DNA from: Fibrobacteria bacterium
GTDB taxonomy: Bacteria > Fibrobacterota > Fibrobacteria > UBA11236
NCBI GenBank assembly: GCA_041746255.1
Contig: JBGTHM010000014.1
Location: 17,713-81,712, forward strand
Length of the DNA: 64,000 nt
Direction of reading: 5' to 3'
The position numbers and the translations under genes are program-made. How positions within the stretch are numbered: position 1 is the first letter of the stretch; the number at the start of each line of letters is the position of its first letter. The notes beneath the pieces are model-generated. The model was given only the letters and a program-made list of their open reading frames with translations, was not told the origin of the DNA and made no database searches. Below are positions 20,842-31,183 of the stretch, one piece after another.

Positions 20842-23109
20842 ATGAAATCATTTTTCCGTTCCATCTCGCAACCTTTCCGTGATAAGGACGATCGGGGCCG
20901 TATCTGGTTCTGGTTCAAATGCCTGGCCATCCCTTTTTTTTCCCTCCAATTTCTGGTTCTGGGGGTGATTGCTTTTTATACCCTGAACCTCCCTTCGCTT
21001 GAAAGTCTGGAACGCATTGAACCCAGTTTAATCACCCGGGTGTACGATAGGGATACCTTGTTGGTGCATGAGTTCTATACGCAGCGTAGGGTATGGATGC
21101 CTTATGAGGATATTCCAGAAATGGCGATGCGGTCGGTTTTCGCGGTGGAGGACAAAGATTTCCATTCGCATTGGGGAGTCGATTTGGATGCCGTCCCCAA
21201 AGCCTTGATTCCCGGCCTGTTCGGACAACGCATTCGCGGGGCTTCGACCTTGACCCAGCAATTGGCGAAAAATCTGTTCCTGACTCCGGAGCGTTCCTTT
21301 GCGCGGAAGGTCAAGGAGGTATTGGTCGCATTGAAAATAGAGCAAACCTATACCAAGGCCGAAATTCTGGAATTCTATTTCAGCCAGGTGTATATGGGCG
21401 CGGGTGCCTACGGTTTCGAGGCGGCGTCGCAAAAATATTTCTCCAAATCCCTGGCCGAACTTGAACCGCATCAATACGCGCTGCTGGCGGGTTTGTTGCA
21501 ACGGCCTGAAGCCTACCGACCGGACGTCCATCCGGAGCGGGCACTGGCACGTCGCAATACGGTACTGGGGGCAATGCGTTCCGCGGGAGTGCTGACCCGG
21601 GCGCAGAGCGTGGAGGCTGCGGCCCGACCGCTCGACATAGAAGTCAAGGCTCCGCAATCCGCCTTCGCCGCCTATTTCGTCGAAATGGGGCGTCAATTCA
21701 TGGAGAAAAAATGGGGTGAGGATCTCATTTATAATCAAGGCGCAAGCGTCTATACCACCCTTGATTCGGGCGTGCAGGCGGTGGTGGAATCGGTGTTCAC
21801 GGCCAACCTGGAAAAAATCCAACGCCGCATCCGCTATCGAACCGCCCGTCAGTTGGATATGCCTCGCCTCCTCAAGCGAAACATAGACCTGGTGGTGCGG
21901 CATTGGGACGAGACGTATCCTTTGTTCGACTCGCTCTATTTGCGAGCCGACACGCTTGAGAAAAAGCGATTCCCCGATTCCCTGCGCTATCGTCATGCCC
22001 AGGCGGCCTTGGTGCTTTTAGATAACCCTACGGGCGCAATTCGCGCCCTGGTAGGCGGTGAGGATTACCAAGCATCCAAATACAACCGGGCGGTGCAGGC
22101 GAAACGGTCCCCCGGATCGTCGTTTAAGCCCTTTGTTTATGCCGCGGCTGTCGACAACGGAGCCGGTCCCGGCGAAATGCTGAACGATCAACCCATTACC
22201 ATACCCGATCCCACCGATTCCACCAAGATGTGGCGTCCGCATAATTATGAAGACGAATTCGAAGGGAAGATCGATATGCGACGCGCCCTGTACCGCTCGA
22301 AAAACCTTCCCGCCATCGAAACCGGGATGCGCTTCGGGCTCAATACCATCGTTTCCTACGCGCGCAAATTCGGTTTGAAACACAATGTACCCGCCGTACC
22401 CTCGCTGAGCATTGGCTCCGCCGAGGCCACCTTGATGGAAATGACATCCGCGTATACCGCCTTTCCTGGCTTGGGCGTACGACCTGAACCCTACCTGATT
22501 GAGGTCATCGCGGATAAGAATGGTAGGTCGATTTATAACAACGTTTCCGCGACCCATGAAGTTCTCAGCCGTCAAGCGGCATGGATTATGACAACCATGC
22601 TGGTGGACGTCAATATCAGGGGTACGGCGGCTTCCGTGTGGGCGAGCGGTTTCAATTACCCTTCCGGAGGCAAGACGGGAACGACCAACGATTATACCGA
22701 CGCATGGTATATCGGATTTACTCCCCATTACACTCTGGGTGTTTGGGTGGGAGTCGATAGTAATATGCCGTTGGGCCCAGGCCATACCGGAACCAGCGAC
22801 GCCCTTCCCATGTGGTTGGGCGTGATGCGGTCGCTGCATAAAGATCTTCCCTTGCAGGGCTTCACGCGTCCCGAAGGGGTGATTCAGGCCAGGACCTGCC
22901 GCCTCTCGGGCCTGGTAGCGCAGGACTTCTGCCCGGCATATAACGAGGACTTTTATATCCAGGGCAGCCAGCCGTCCGAAACCTGTCAACCGGAATTGCA
23001 TTCCCACCGGGCTCATGAGGATGTTTTCAACGCCAATCAGCGGAGACAGCGAAGCGACTCCCCGGTTTCCGGTGAGGATACCAGTCCACGGATTCGCAAA
23101 ACTTTCTGA
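20842..23109 (+). CDS. mrcA: penicillin-binding protein 1A (bifunctional transglycosylase/transpeptidase), copy 1
   Basis: N-terminal TM segment, GT51 motifs (EDKDFHSHWGVD, RGASTLTQQLAKNLFL), transpeptidase motifs (SSFKP, SxN, KTGTT). 755 aa. Confidence 0.9.
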   Translation: MKSFFRSISQPFRDKDDRGRIWFWFKCLAIPFFSLQFLVLGVIAFYTLNLPSLESLERIEPSLITRVYDRDTLLVHEFYTQRRVWMPYEDIPEMAMRSVFAVEDKDFHSHWGVDLDAVPKALIPGLFGQRIRGASTLTQQLAKNLFLTPERSFARKVKEVLVALKIEQTYTKAEILEFYFSQVYMGAGAYGFEAASQKYFSKSLAELEPHQYALLAGLLQRPEAYRPDVHPERALARRNTVLGAMRSAGVLTRAQSVEAAARPLDIEVKAPQSAFAAYFVEMGRQFMEKKWGEDLIYNQGASVYTTLDSGVQAVVESVFTANLEKIQRRIRYRTARQLDMPRLLKRNIDLVVRHWDETYPLFDSLYLRADTLEKKRFPDSLRYRHAQAALVLLDNPTGAIRALVGGEDYQASKYNRAVQAKRSPGSSFKPFVYAAAVDNGAGPGEMLNDQPITIPDPTDSTKMWRPHNYEDEFEGKIDMRRALYRSKNLPAIETGMRFGLNTIVSYARKFGLKHNVPAVPSLSIGSAEATLMEMTSAYTAFPGLGVRPEPYLIEVIADKNGRSIYNNVSATHEVLSRQAAWIMTTMLVDVNIRGTAASVWASGFNYPSGGKTGTTNDYTDAWYIGFTPHYTLGVWVGVDSNMPLGPGHTGTSDALPMWLGVMRSLHKDLPLQGFTRPEGVIQARTCRLSGLVAQDFCPAYNEDFYIQGSQPSETCQPELHSHRAHEDVFNANQRRQRSDSPVSGEDTSPRIRKTF

Positions 23110-25170
23110 ATGGGGTTCCCACGGAATAGTCGCTACGTGACATGGCAGTGGTTCAAGCGCCTGGCTTTGATTCCGGCCTTGGCCAGTTTAATCTGCGCAG
23201 CCCTTTTTCTTTCCGCGTCCCGGTCGCTGCCTCCGTTGGAAAACCTCGACCAGATACAGCCCAGCTTTGTCACCCGCCTCTACGACAAAAACGGCGAACT
23301 CGCCGAAGAACTTTTCGCGCAACGCCGCATCTACCTTCCCATTGAGAAAATGCCTCCGGTTCTCCTCGATGCCGTGATGGCGGTGGAAGACCGGGAGTTT
23401 TTCCGCCATTGGGGAGTCGACCTCTCCGCCATTCCCGCGGCGGCCCTGCAAGGCCTGACGGGTCGCATGCGGGGAGCTTCCACCCTGACGCAACAACTGG
23501 CGAAAAATCTGTTCCTGACGCCGGAACGATCGATGATGCGAAAGGTTAAGGAGATTCTGGTCGCGATACGCATCGAGCAAACCTATACCAAACGGCAAAT
23601 CATGGAGATGTATCTCAACCAAGTGTATCTGGGCGGAGGCGCCTATGGCTTTCAGGCGGCTTCGGAAAGGTATTTTTCACGCCCTCTCGATTCACTGGGA
23701 GTAGCCGACTATGCGCTGCTCGCGGGGTTGTTGCAACGCCCTGCCTTTCTGCGGCCGGATAAACATCCCGAAAGAGCGGTGTCCAGGCGTAATGTGGTAT
23801 TGCGGGCGATGGCCGCCTCCGGATATTTAACCGAGGGTGAATATCGCGAATTGAGTTCCTTACCTCCCCGCCTGGACCCGCGTTCGGAGCTGCGCTTGGC
23901 CAAGGCCCCCTACTTCAGTGAAACGGTGAGGATTAATCTGGCGCATCAGTGGGGAGAAGGATTTCTCGACAGCGCCGGATTGGAAGTGCATACCACGCTT
24001 GATTTGCGTGTGCAGGCTGACGTCGATTCGGCCTTGCAACGCAGATTAAAGCGGCTGCGTACGCCTAAACGGCCTGTGCAGGGGGCGGTGGTGGTTATCG
24101 ACAATGCCACGGGCGGAGTGGTGGCCTTGGCGGGGGGAGAAAATTTTTTCCGTTCCAATTTCAATCGAGCCGTGCAAGCGCGCCGGCAACCGGGATCCGC
24201 CTTCAAGCCCGTGGTATTCGCCGCAGCCATCGAAATGGGCGAAAGCCCGGGGAGTTTGGTTGACGATCATCCCATCGCCATTCCCGATCCCGGCAAACCG
24301 GGCAAAGTGTGGGAGCCGGGGAATATCGAAGGCAACTTCGAAGGGGTGATGAGTTTCCGCAAGGCGCTGTACCGCTCCCGGAATATTCCCGCCATTATCA
24401 TCGCTCAGGAAACCGGTCTCGACACCGTGGCCGGGTTCGCCCGACGTTTCGGAATGACGGGCGAAATCAAACCGCTACCCTCTTTGGGAATAGGCGCAGC
24501 GGAAAGCAGTTTGCTCGAGATGACTGCGGCCTATAGCGTCTTTCCCAACGAAGGCCTCTTACGGCCCCCCTATTTTCTGGAAAAGGTCAGCGACAGAAAT
24601 GGTCATGTGCTGTTTCAAAACGTGCAATTGCAAAGCCGGGTGCTGAAGAGCGAAACGGCTTGGTTGCTCACCGACATGCTACGAGACGTCAATGTGCGAG
24701 GCACCGCCGCCGCCATTTGGGCCGGCGGCTTCCGGCATCCATCCGGCGGCAAAACCGGCACCACCAATGATTATCGCGACGCTTGGTACATCGGCTTCAC
24801 CCGGAAATATACGGTAGGGGTTTGGTTAGGATTGGATGATTTCGCTTCGATGGGGAATAGCGTTACCGGTACCAGCGCAGCGGTTCCGATTTGGATAGAC
24901 GTTATGAAAAATCTGCATCGGGGTATTCCCCAGGAAAATTTTCTTCGTCCCGCCGGCTTGGAAGAGGCGACTTTCTGCGCGCTGACGGGCAAGCGGGCCC
25001 AATCCTTCTGTGACAGCTCCTACACCGATTGGCGCGTCCGCGGAGGCGCCTGGCAGGATTGCCTGCGCGAGGCGCATGGGTTCTGGGACAGGGTGCCGGG
25101 AGTCAAAGGCGTGCGTAATTTTTTCAAGCGCCTTTTCGGAGGCGAAAAAGACGCGGCTCCCAAGCGCTAA
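23110..25170 (+). CDS. penicillin-binding protein 1A paralogue, copy 2 (tandem)
   Basis: Same GT51 + transpeptidase architecture (EDREFFRHWGVD, RGASTLTQQLAKNLFL, SAFKP, KTGTT). 686 aa. The ATG directly abuts the stop of copy 1, and nucleotide-level similarity to copy 1 is visible. Confidence 0.88.
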   Translation: MGFPRNSRYVTWQWFKRLALIPALASLICAALFLSASRSLPPLENLDQIQPSFVTRLYDKNGELAEELFAQRRIYLPIEKMPPVLLDAVMAVEDREFFRHWGVDLSAIPAAALQGLTGRMRGASTLTQQLAKNLFLTPERSMMRKVKEILVAIRIEQTYTKRQIMEMYLNQVYLGGGAYGFQAASERYFSRPLDSLGVADYALLAGLLQRPAFLRPDKHPERAVSRRNVVLRAMAASGYLTEGEYRELSSLPPRLDPRSELRLAKAPYFSETVRINLAHQWGEGFLDSAGLEVHTTLDLRVQADVDSALQRRLKRLRTPKRPVQGAVVVIDNATGGVVALAGGENFFRSNFNRAVQARRQPGSAFKPVVFAAAIEMGESPGSLVDDHPIAIPDPGKPGKVWEPGNIEGNFEGVMSFRKALYRSRNIPAIIIAQETGLDTVAGFARRFGMTGEIKPLPSLGIGAAESSLLEMTAAYSVFPNEGLLRPPYFLEKVSDRNGHVLFQNVQLQSRVLKSETAWLLTDMLRDVNVRGTAAAIWAGGFRHPSGGKTGTTNDYRDAWYIGFTRKYTVGVWLGLDDFASMGNSVTGTSAAVPIWIDVMKNLHRGIPQENFLRPAGLEEATFCALTGKRAQSFCDSSYTDWRVRGGAWQDCLREAHGFWDRVPGVKGVRNFFKRLFGGEKDAAPKR

Positions 25171-25188
25171 TTGGTACCTTTTTTTGGC

Positions 25189-26064
25189 ATGCTGAAACGA
25201 GATTATCTGAGCTGGTGGTTTCGCCCCGCCTTCCTGCGTAGCTGGGGTAACCGATCGGATACCCTCTTCGCGGGCCCATGGGTGGGGGAGTTCGGCTGGG
25301 AGCTTTTGAACTGGCAGGGATTCCTGCGCAAACTGAGCCGAAACTATGTGCGCACCATCGTCTGTTGCCGCAAAGGCAGCGCCGCCCTCTACGCCGATTT
25401 TACGGATTCATTCGTCTTTCATGAATTGCGCGGAACTCCGGAGGCGAATGCCTTGCGGGAGTCGCCCGATAAAACGGCCATGGACGCGCTGTTATCGAAT
25501 ATCCCGCACGGCGCGAACTGGTTACGCCCGCTGGGTTACCAACCCTGGTCGCGACAGGAATTCATCCGCTTCGGAACCCCAAGGGAAGATTTGACTTGCG
25601 ATATCGTCTTTCACCCTCGCGGAAGAGGCTTCGGAACGGATCGCAATTGGCCGGCGCATAAGTGGTCGTCCCTCATCGGGAAATTGCATGACCAGGGCTA
25701 TCGGATTTCCTGTATCGGATTGCCGGGGCAAACCTTGGATATCGAAGGACCGTTCACCGATTACCGTGGACTTCCTTTGGATAAGACCATGGACTTGCTG
25801 GCCTCGGCCCGCCTGGTGCTGGGGCCTTCATCGGGACCCATGCATCTGGCCGCCCTATGCGGAACGCCCCACTTGGTGTGGACCGACAAGGGACGCTATG
25901 CGCGTGGCCGTACCAACCGCGACAAATACGAATGGTGGTGGAATCCGCTGGGAACGCCCGTGCGCGTTCTGGACGAAGATGGATTCGATCCTTCCGTTGA
26001 AAGAGTTTTGCGGACCGTAGACGATTTTATCTCGGGGATCGCGACACCCGGCAAAATGGATTAA
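25189..26064 (+). CDS. glycosyltransferase family 9-like (heptosyltransferase-like) protein
   Basis: C-terminal motif GPSSGPMHLAALCGTP resembles the GT9 GxDSGxMHLAAAxGxP motif. About 290 aa. Start set to the ATG at 25189 (MLKRDY). Confidence 0.5.
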   Translation: MLKRDYLSWWFRPAFLRSWGNRSDTLFAGPWVGEFGWELLNWQGFLRKLSRNYVRTIVCCRKGSAALYADFTDSFVFHELRGTPEANALRESPDKTAMDALLSNIPHGANWLRPLGYQPWSRQEFIRFGTPREDLTCDIVFHPRGRGFGTDRNWPAHKWSSLIGKLHDQGYRISCIGLPGQTLDIEGPFTDYRGLPLDKTMDLLASARLVLGPSSGPMHLAALCGTPHLVWTDKGRYARGRTNRDKYEWWWNPLGTPVRVLDEDGFDPSVERVLRTVDDFISGIATPGKMD

Positions 26065-26918
26065 ACCGTAAATTCCATCTGTTCACGAGCGAACACCACT
26101 TTGATGGACGGTTCGCGGACTGCGCAGGTATCCACCACCTTTTTTTCCAGGGCGGTGAGAAAATCATCGTCGTGATCGGGGTCGTGGTGGAATACACACA
26201 GTTTTTTCACTCCCGCCGCCTGCGCGATTTCAAAACCTTTTTCCCAGGTGGAATGCCCCCAACCTTTAAAGTGGGAGTCGTACTCTTCGGGAGTGTACAT
26301 ACCGTCATAGATCATTAAGTCGGCGTTTTGGGCCAAGGCTACGATATTCTTGTCCGGACCCTTTTCGGCATGCTCCGTGTCGGTGGCATAAACCACGGAA
26401 GCGCCCGTGGACTTCTCCGTAAGCTTATAGACGGTGACTCCATTGGGATGTCTTCCCAGGGTATGGCTGATTGCGCCCAGGGGTTTTTCGTCCAGGCTCC
26501 TTATTTCTTCCGTTTTATCCGGAGTCAAATCGCGATAAGTAATCGTGGCATTCAAATCCGTTAAGGATACGGGAAAATTGGGTCCTTCCATCTGGCCGGC
26601 CAGTATTTGGCGCAGGGACGCCTCCGCCTGGCCGCGGCCATGCACTTTGATGTGGAAACCCTCCACATAATTGGGCGCGAAAAAGGGAAAGCCTTGAATA
26701 TGATCCCAATGTAAATGGCTCAAGAAAAGATCGATTCCCGGCTTGGCATTTCTAGCGAGTAAATCCTTTCCCAGCAAGCGGATGCCGGTACCCGAATCGA
26801 AAATGACGACATGACCCTCCAATTCCGCCGAAACGCAGGAGGTATTCCCACCGAACTCGACAGTTTTACGGGAAGGCGTGGCGATGCTACCCCGGACACC
26901 CCAGAACTTAATTTTCAT
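26061..26918 (-). CDS. MBL-fold metallo-hydrolase
   Basis: HxHxDH motif (FLSHLHWDHIQG) and an N-terminal MKIKFWGVRGS...GGNTSC pattern typical of the beta-lactamase_B_2 family. 285 aa. Confidence 0.7.
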   Translation of the reverse strand: MKIKFWGVRGSIATPSRKTVEFGGNTSCVSAELEGHVVIFDSGTGIRLLGKDLLARNAKPGIDLFLSHLHWDHIQGFPFFAPNYVEGFHIKVHGRGQAEASLRQILAGQMEGPNFPVSLTDLNATITYRDLTPDKTEEIRSLDEKPLGAISHTLGRHPNGVTVYKLTEKSTGASVVYATDTEHAEKGPDKNIVALAQNADLMIYDGMYTPEEYDSHFKGWGHSTWEKGFEIAQAAGVKKLCVFHHDPDHDDDFLTALEKKVVDTCAVREPSIKVVFAREQMEFTV

Positions 26919-27033
26919 CCAGACTCATCCTTGCGTCTGCCGAGTCCTATTACGGCTTATGAACATTTTGACATTGTACCCCATTTTGGGAGAATTTCCC
27001 AAGCTGGAATCCATTTTGGGGGAAAATAAGCTT

Positions 27034-28752
27034 TTACTTACGATGTTTGTCGGTTTCGCTATAGAAGCTATCAAGGCGAGCCATGACTTCTTGGCGGGAA
27101 ACTTTAGAGAAATCCGCTTCGCCCCGCACTTTCCATTCTACTTCCTGGGTGGCCAAGGTCTTTTTACTCAGAGCCAGCCGCACAGGAATTCCCCATAAAT
27201 CGGCATCTTTGAATTTGACCCCGGGCCGCTCGTCCCGGTCGTCGAGCAGCACTTCATAGCCTTTCGCTTCCAGTTCCTTGACGATGCTTTCGGCTTCTTC
27301 CATGACTTCGGTGTCCATGCCGATGGTCACCAGAAGAACGTGGAAGGGCGCGAGCGGGGGCGGCCAGATGGGACCGAAAGCGTCGTGGCTGTTTTCCGCC
27401 ACGGCCGCCATCAGCCTGCCGATGCCGATACCATAACAGCCCATGGTGGGAATTTGTTGTTGCCCTTTTTCGTCCAAAAAGCCGGCGCCCATGCTTTCCG
27501 TGAATTTTCGCCCCAACTTGAAAATATTACCGATTTCGATGCCCCGAACCGCACGCAGCCGGCTGGTTCCATTTACCTGCTTATGGCCGCTTTGGGCCAG
27601 GGCGAAATCACCCACCGAATCGACGTGAAAATCCCGGTTCAGATTGGCGTTGAGCAGATGGTAGCCTTCTTCATTCGCGCCGATGACGAAATTTGATCCT
27701 TCGGCCAGGGAAATGTCGGCTAATACGCGGAGGTTTGCATTTGTAGCCACTCCATGCGAGGAAGCGTAGCCGGGTACGATGCCGAATTTCCGGATGAAAT
27801 CTTCGGAAGCGGGTAAGAGAATCGAGGAATGCAGGAAGTTTTTCACTTTCACTTCCGCCACTTCCAAATCCCCGCGAATCATCACCAGAACCAATTGTCC
27901 CGCATGATCAAAAAAGACGGCCTTGGCGGTTTGGCGCTTCTCCAACCCCAACAGGTTGCAAACCTCTTCGATGGTCTTTTTCCCGGGAGTGGCCTTTTTC
28001 TCCAAGGTCAACGGGGGTTCGCTTTGCGACTCCCTATCGAAAACCGCGATTTCCTGATTGGCGGAATAAGTTCCATCCTCGGACAGAATGAGATAGTCCT
28101 CTCCATGCGGGCTTTCCAACATGAATTCATGCGCGAGTTTCCCCCCCATGATACCCGTATCGGATTGAACAATAATGGGATTGATTCCCATACGGGAAAA
28201 TATTCTCTGGTAGGCGGCGAAGGCCTGGTCGTAATAGGCATCCAAGTCCGCATCGGAGACATGAAAACTGTAGGCGTCCTTCATGACGAATTCGCGTACG
28301 CGAATCAGGCCTCCCCGGGAACGGGGTTCGTCCCGGAATTTCAGCTTGAACTGGTAGATCATGAACGGCAATTGTTTATACGAAGACAAAACGCTGCGGG
28401 CCAAATCGGTAATGGCCTCTTCATGGGTCATGGCCAGCACCATGTCATGCCCCGATCTGTCTTTGAAGCGCAATAATTCCGGCCCGATGGCATCGTAGCG
28501 ACCCGATTCCTGCCAGATTTCGCAGGGTTGGGCCAGGGGTAGATCCACCTCCTGGCCGGAAATGGCGTTCATCTCTTCGCGGATAATGGTTTCAATGCGG
28601 TTGAGAATGCGCTTTCCGAGAGGCAGCACCGAATAAAGCCCGGAAGCCAGTTGCTTGATATATCCGCCTCGGAGCAGGTAGATGTGACTGGGCATTTCGG
28701 CCCCGGCGGGATTTTCCCGCAGGGTTTTGACTAGGAGTTGGGATATTTTCAT
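27034..28752 (-). CDS. proS: proline--tRNA ligase (bacterial type with editing domain)
   Basis: MKISQLLVKTLRENPAGAEM is a ProRS N-terminus. About 572 aa with class II motifs. Start set to the ATG at 28752; the track began at a TTG two codons upstream. Confidence 0.9.
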   Translation of the reverse strand: MKISQLLVKTLRENPAGAEMPSHIYLLRGGYIKQLASGLYSVLPLGKRILNRIETIIREEMNAISGQEVDLPLAQPCEIWQESGRYDAIGPELLRFKDRSGHDMVLAMTHEEAITDLARSVLSSYKQLPFMIYQFKLKFRDEPRSRGGLIRVREFVMKDAYSFHVSDADLDAYYDQAFAAYQRIFSRMGINPIIVQSDTGIMGGKLAHEFMLESPHGEDYLILSEDGTYSANQEIAVFDRESQSEPPLTLEKKATPGKKTIEEVCNLLGLEKRQTAKAVFFDHAGQLVLVMIRGDLEVAEVKVKNFLHSSILLPASEDFIRKFGIVPGYASSHGVATNANLRVLADISLAEGSNFVIGANEEGYHLLNANLNRDFHVDSVGDFALAQSGHKQVNGTSRLRAVRGIEIGNIFKLGRKFTESMGAGFLDEKGQQQIPTMGCYGIGIGRLMAAVAENSHDAFGPIWPPPLAPFHVLLVTIGMDTEVMEEAESIVKELEAKGYEVLLDDRDERPGVKFKDADLWGIPVRLALSKKTLATQEVEWKVRGEADFSKVSRQEVMARLDSFYSETDKHRK

Positions 28753-28841
28753 TCCCAAATAATAAAAACTTCACGAATACCGCAGAATAGTGACAAGGGA
28801 GGCCGCCACCGGATAGAATCGGTACGGAGAAATCGATCCCT

Positions 28842-29255
28842 ATGTTGTCTCGGATTGCCCAAGTATTTTCCTCCTACGGGGTCTGGCCAATTGGTCCCAG
28901 CCAGGAAAGTCCCTACTCTTCCCCGGAAGTTCAGGTTCCCGCCCAGGGATTTGCCCAGGAAGCCTTTAAATTGGAACTGAGCCGGGGAATCGGAACGCTA
29001 ACGCCTGTAGAGGGGGCGACCAAAACCCAGAACCCGCCCTATTCACAGGCGACTGCTCCACCCCCAAGCCCATCAACCTATAGCCCCCCGGTTCTTGCCC
29101 TTGCCTCTCAGGCACCCGTTCAGCCGCCTAAAGATAGTGCCGGTAATAATGGGGCGAATCCCACCTCGGCCAATAAGCTTCCCGGTTTTGCCGCCTATGC
29201 GGGTGAAAACAGCCGGTCATCCGGAAATTCCTCCCGGCTCGATTTCTACGCCTGA
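28842..29255 (+). CDS. possible Pro/Ser-rich small protein (low confidence)
   Basis: 137 aa ORF in a 554 nt divergent intergenic region, GGAG 12 nt upstream. Low-complexity Pro/Ser/Ala composition. Could be a non-coding spacer. Confidence 0.25.
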   Translation: MLSRIAQVFSSYGVWPIGPSQESPYSSPEVQVPAQGFAQEAFKLELSRGIGTLTPVEGATKTQNPPYSQATAPPPSPSTYSPPVLALASQAPVQPPKDSAGNNGANPTSANKLPGFAAYAGENSRSSGNSSRLDFYA

Positions 29256-29312
29256 AATTATTAGGTATTTTTCCCGATTACACCCCGGTTTTCGGGGTCG
29301 GGAGCCTAATTT

Positions 29313-29846
29313 ATGACCTTGAAGCAGGAGCCGTCATCGGCACAAAACCCCTCCGCCGGCAGTAAAGCCTTGGTGGGCATTATCATGGGGAGCATCTCGG
29401 ACCGGGACACCATGATCGGCGCGGCTCAAATTCTCGACGCCATGCAAATCCCTTATGAAATGCAGGTGGTTTCGGCCCATCGCACTCCCATGCTGATGGT
29501 AGAGTATGCAACCTCGGCCAAAGCGCGTGGGTTGGAGGTTTTGATTGCCGGCGCGGGAGGCGCGGCGCATCTTCCCGGAATGACGGCTTCGCTGACGCCT
29601 CTTCCGGTTATCGGAGTTCCCGTGCAATCGAAGACATTGAACGGCATGGATTCGCTGCTATCCATCGTGCAAATGCCGGCCGGAATCCCGGTGGCGACCA
29701 TGGCTATCGGAAACGCAAAGAATGCCGCCTTGCTGGCCGCACGCATTTTGGCGCTCAAATACCCGGCCATAGCCGAAGCGGTGGACCGGCATATCCAAGC
29801 CCAAGAAGCTGAGGTCCGCATTATGCGCGAAGAGATGGGCCGATAG
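29313..29846 (+). CDS. purE: 5-(carboxyamino)imidazole ribonucleotide mutase
   Basis: [15 protein letters not shown]...[24 protein letters not shown] are classic PurE motifs. 177 aa. Confidence 0.9.
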   Translation: MTLKQEPSSAQNPSAGSKALVGIIMGSISDRDTMIGAAQILDAMQIPYEMQVVSAHRTPMLMVEYATSAKARGLEVLIAGAGGAAHLPGMTASLTPLPVIGVPVQSKTLNGMDSLLSIVQMPAGIPVATMAIGNAKNAALLAARILALKYPAIAEAVDRHIQAQEAEVRIMREEMGR

Positions 29847-30985
29847 TGGCTGCGATTTTACCCGGTAGCACCATCGGTATGTTGGGTGGCGGCCAATTGG
29901 GGAGAATGTTCGCCTTGGCTGCACGCAACCTCGGCTATCGCATCATTACTCTGGAGCCCGAACCCGATTCCCCTTGCGGGCAGGTCGCCGATGCTCAAAT
30001 CACCGCGCCCTACGACGATAGCGCGGGCCTGAGGCATTTGGCGGAAATGTGCGATGTCATCACTTTGGAATTCGAAAATGTTCCCAGCGCGGCGATAAAA
30101 ACTTTGGAAAGCCTGAAGAAGCCGGTGCATCCCGGAAGCGGCTTGTTGAAAATCACTCAAAACCGATTTCTGGAAAAGTCCTTTTCGCTGGACGCGGGGG
30201 TGGTTCCCACGGCCTTCGCGAAATTACGCGCGAAGGAAGACCTGGAGACTTCCGCCCGGGAGATTGGGTTACCCGCCGTTATCAAAACCACCATGGGCGG
30301 TTACGATGGGAAGGGCCAATGGGTGGTTTCCAGTTTGGAAGAGGCGCAAAAAGCCTGGGATGAGGCCCACGGCCAGGAATTGATCTGGGAGAAAAAGGTC
30401 GATTTCGTCAAGGAATTGAGCGTGGTTTGCGCCCGCAATTCCGTCGGGGAGGTGAAAGCCTATCCGGTTTCGGAGAATATCCATAGACGCAATGTATTGG
30501 ATCTTTCCATCGTCCCGGCGCGCATTCCGGAGGAGCAGGCGCGCGCCGCCCGCGAGGCGGCCTTGCGATTGGCGGAAGCTTTGGGGTTGGTCGGAGTTTT
30601 TTGTGTTGAGTTTTTCCTGCTTGCCAATGGCGACCTGCTGCTGAATGAGATGGCTCCTCGCCCGCATAATTCCGGCCATTATACTTTGGACGCCTGTATG
30701 TGTTCGCAATTCGAACAACAATTGCGCGCCGTATGCGGCCTACCGCTGGGATCCGTAGAACTGCTTCGCTCCGCCGTGATGGTGAATATCATGGGGGAAG
30801 GAACCGGCGATCGGCTCACGGGCACGGAGTCGCTGCTGGCGGATCCCGCGGTGAGCCTGCATCTCTACGGGAAAAAAGGCGCCAAGCCGGGACGGAAAAT
30901 GGGCCACTTCACCGTATTGGGTAGCGATGTTGACGAAGCTTTAGGCAAAGCCCACAAGCTTCGTCAACTGCTGACTTGGTCTTGA
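29846..30985 (+). CDS. purK: N5-carboxyaminoimidazole ribonucleotide synthase
   Basis: ATP-grasp protein starting GMLGGGQLGRMF, with PurK-like length (379 aa). Located immediately after purE. Confidence 0.85.
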   Translation: MAAILPGSTIGMLGGGQLGRMFALAARNLGYRIITLEPEPDSPCGQVADAQITAPYDDSAGLRHLAEMCDVITLEFENVPSAAIKTLESLKKPVHPGSGLLKITQNRFLEKSFSLDAGVVPTAFAKLRAKEDLETSAREIGLPAVIKTTMGGYDGKGQWVVSSLEEAQKAWDEAHGQELIWEKKVDFVKELSVVCARNSVGEVKAYPVSENIHRRNVLDLSIVPARIPEEQARAAREAALRLAEALGLVGVFCVEFFLLANGDLLLNEMAPRPHNSGHYTLDACMCSQFEQQLRAVCGLPLGSVELLRSAVMVNIMGEGTGDRLTGTESLLADPAVSLHLYGKKGAKPGRKMGHFTVLGSDVDEALGKAHKLRQLLTWS

Positions 30986-31183
30986 TGAACCCACCTGGGA
31001 ATGGGGTGACGGGAACTACACCGCTTTAGGTATTGGGATTTATTGGATCCTCTTCAGTTTATTCTGTTCCACGTGAATTCCGTTCGTGTATTTGATCCAG
31101 ACATTCCCTTCCAAAATTTAGATTGTACTAAAGTGGCGACAATCGGCCGGTGCGGCCGGAAATTCGCCCACAAGGGGTATCAC

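Noticed and set aside
23104-23115. Possible PBP pseudogene, or a single fused giant PBP
   Set aside because: A clean TGA stop is immediately followed by an ATG, and each copy has complete TM, GT51 and transpeptidase modules. I interpret them as two intact tandem paralogues.
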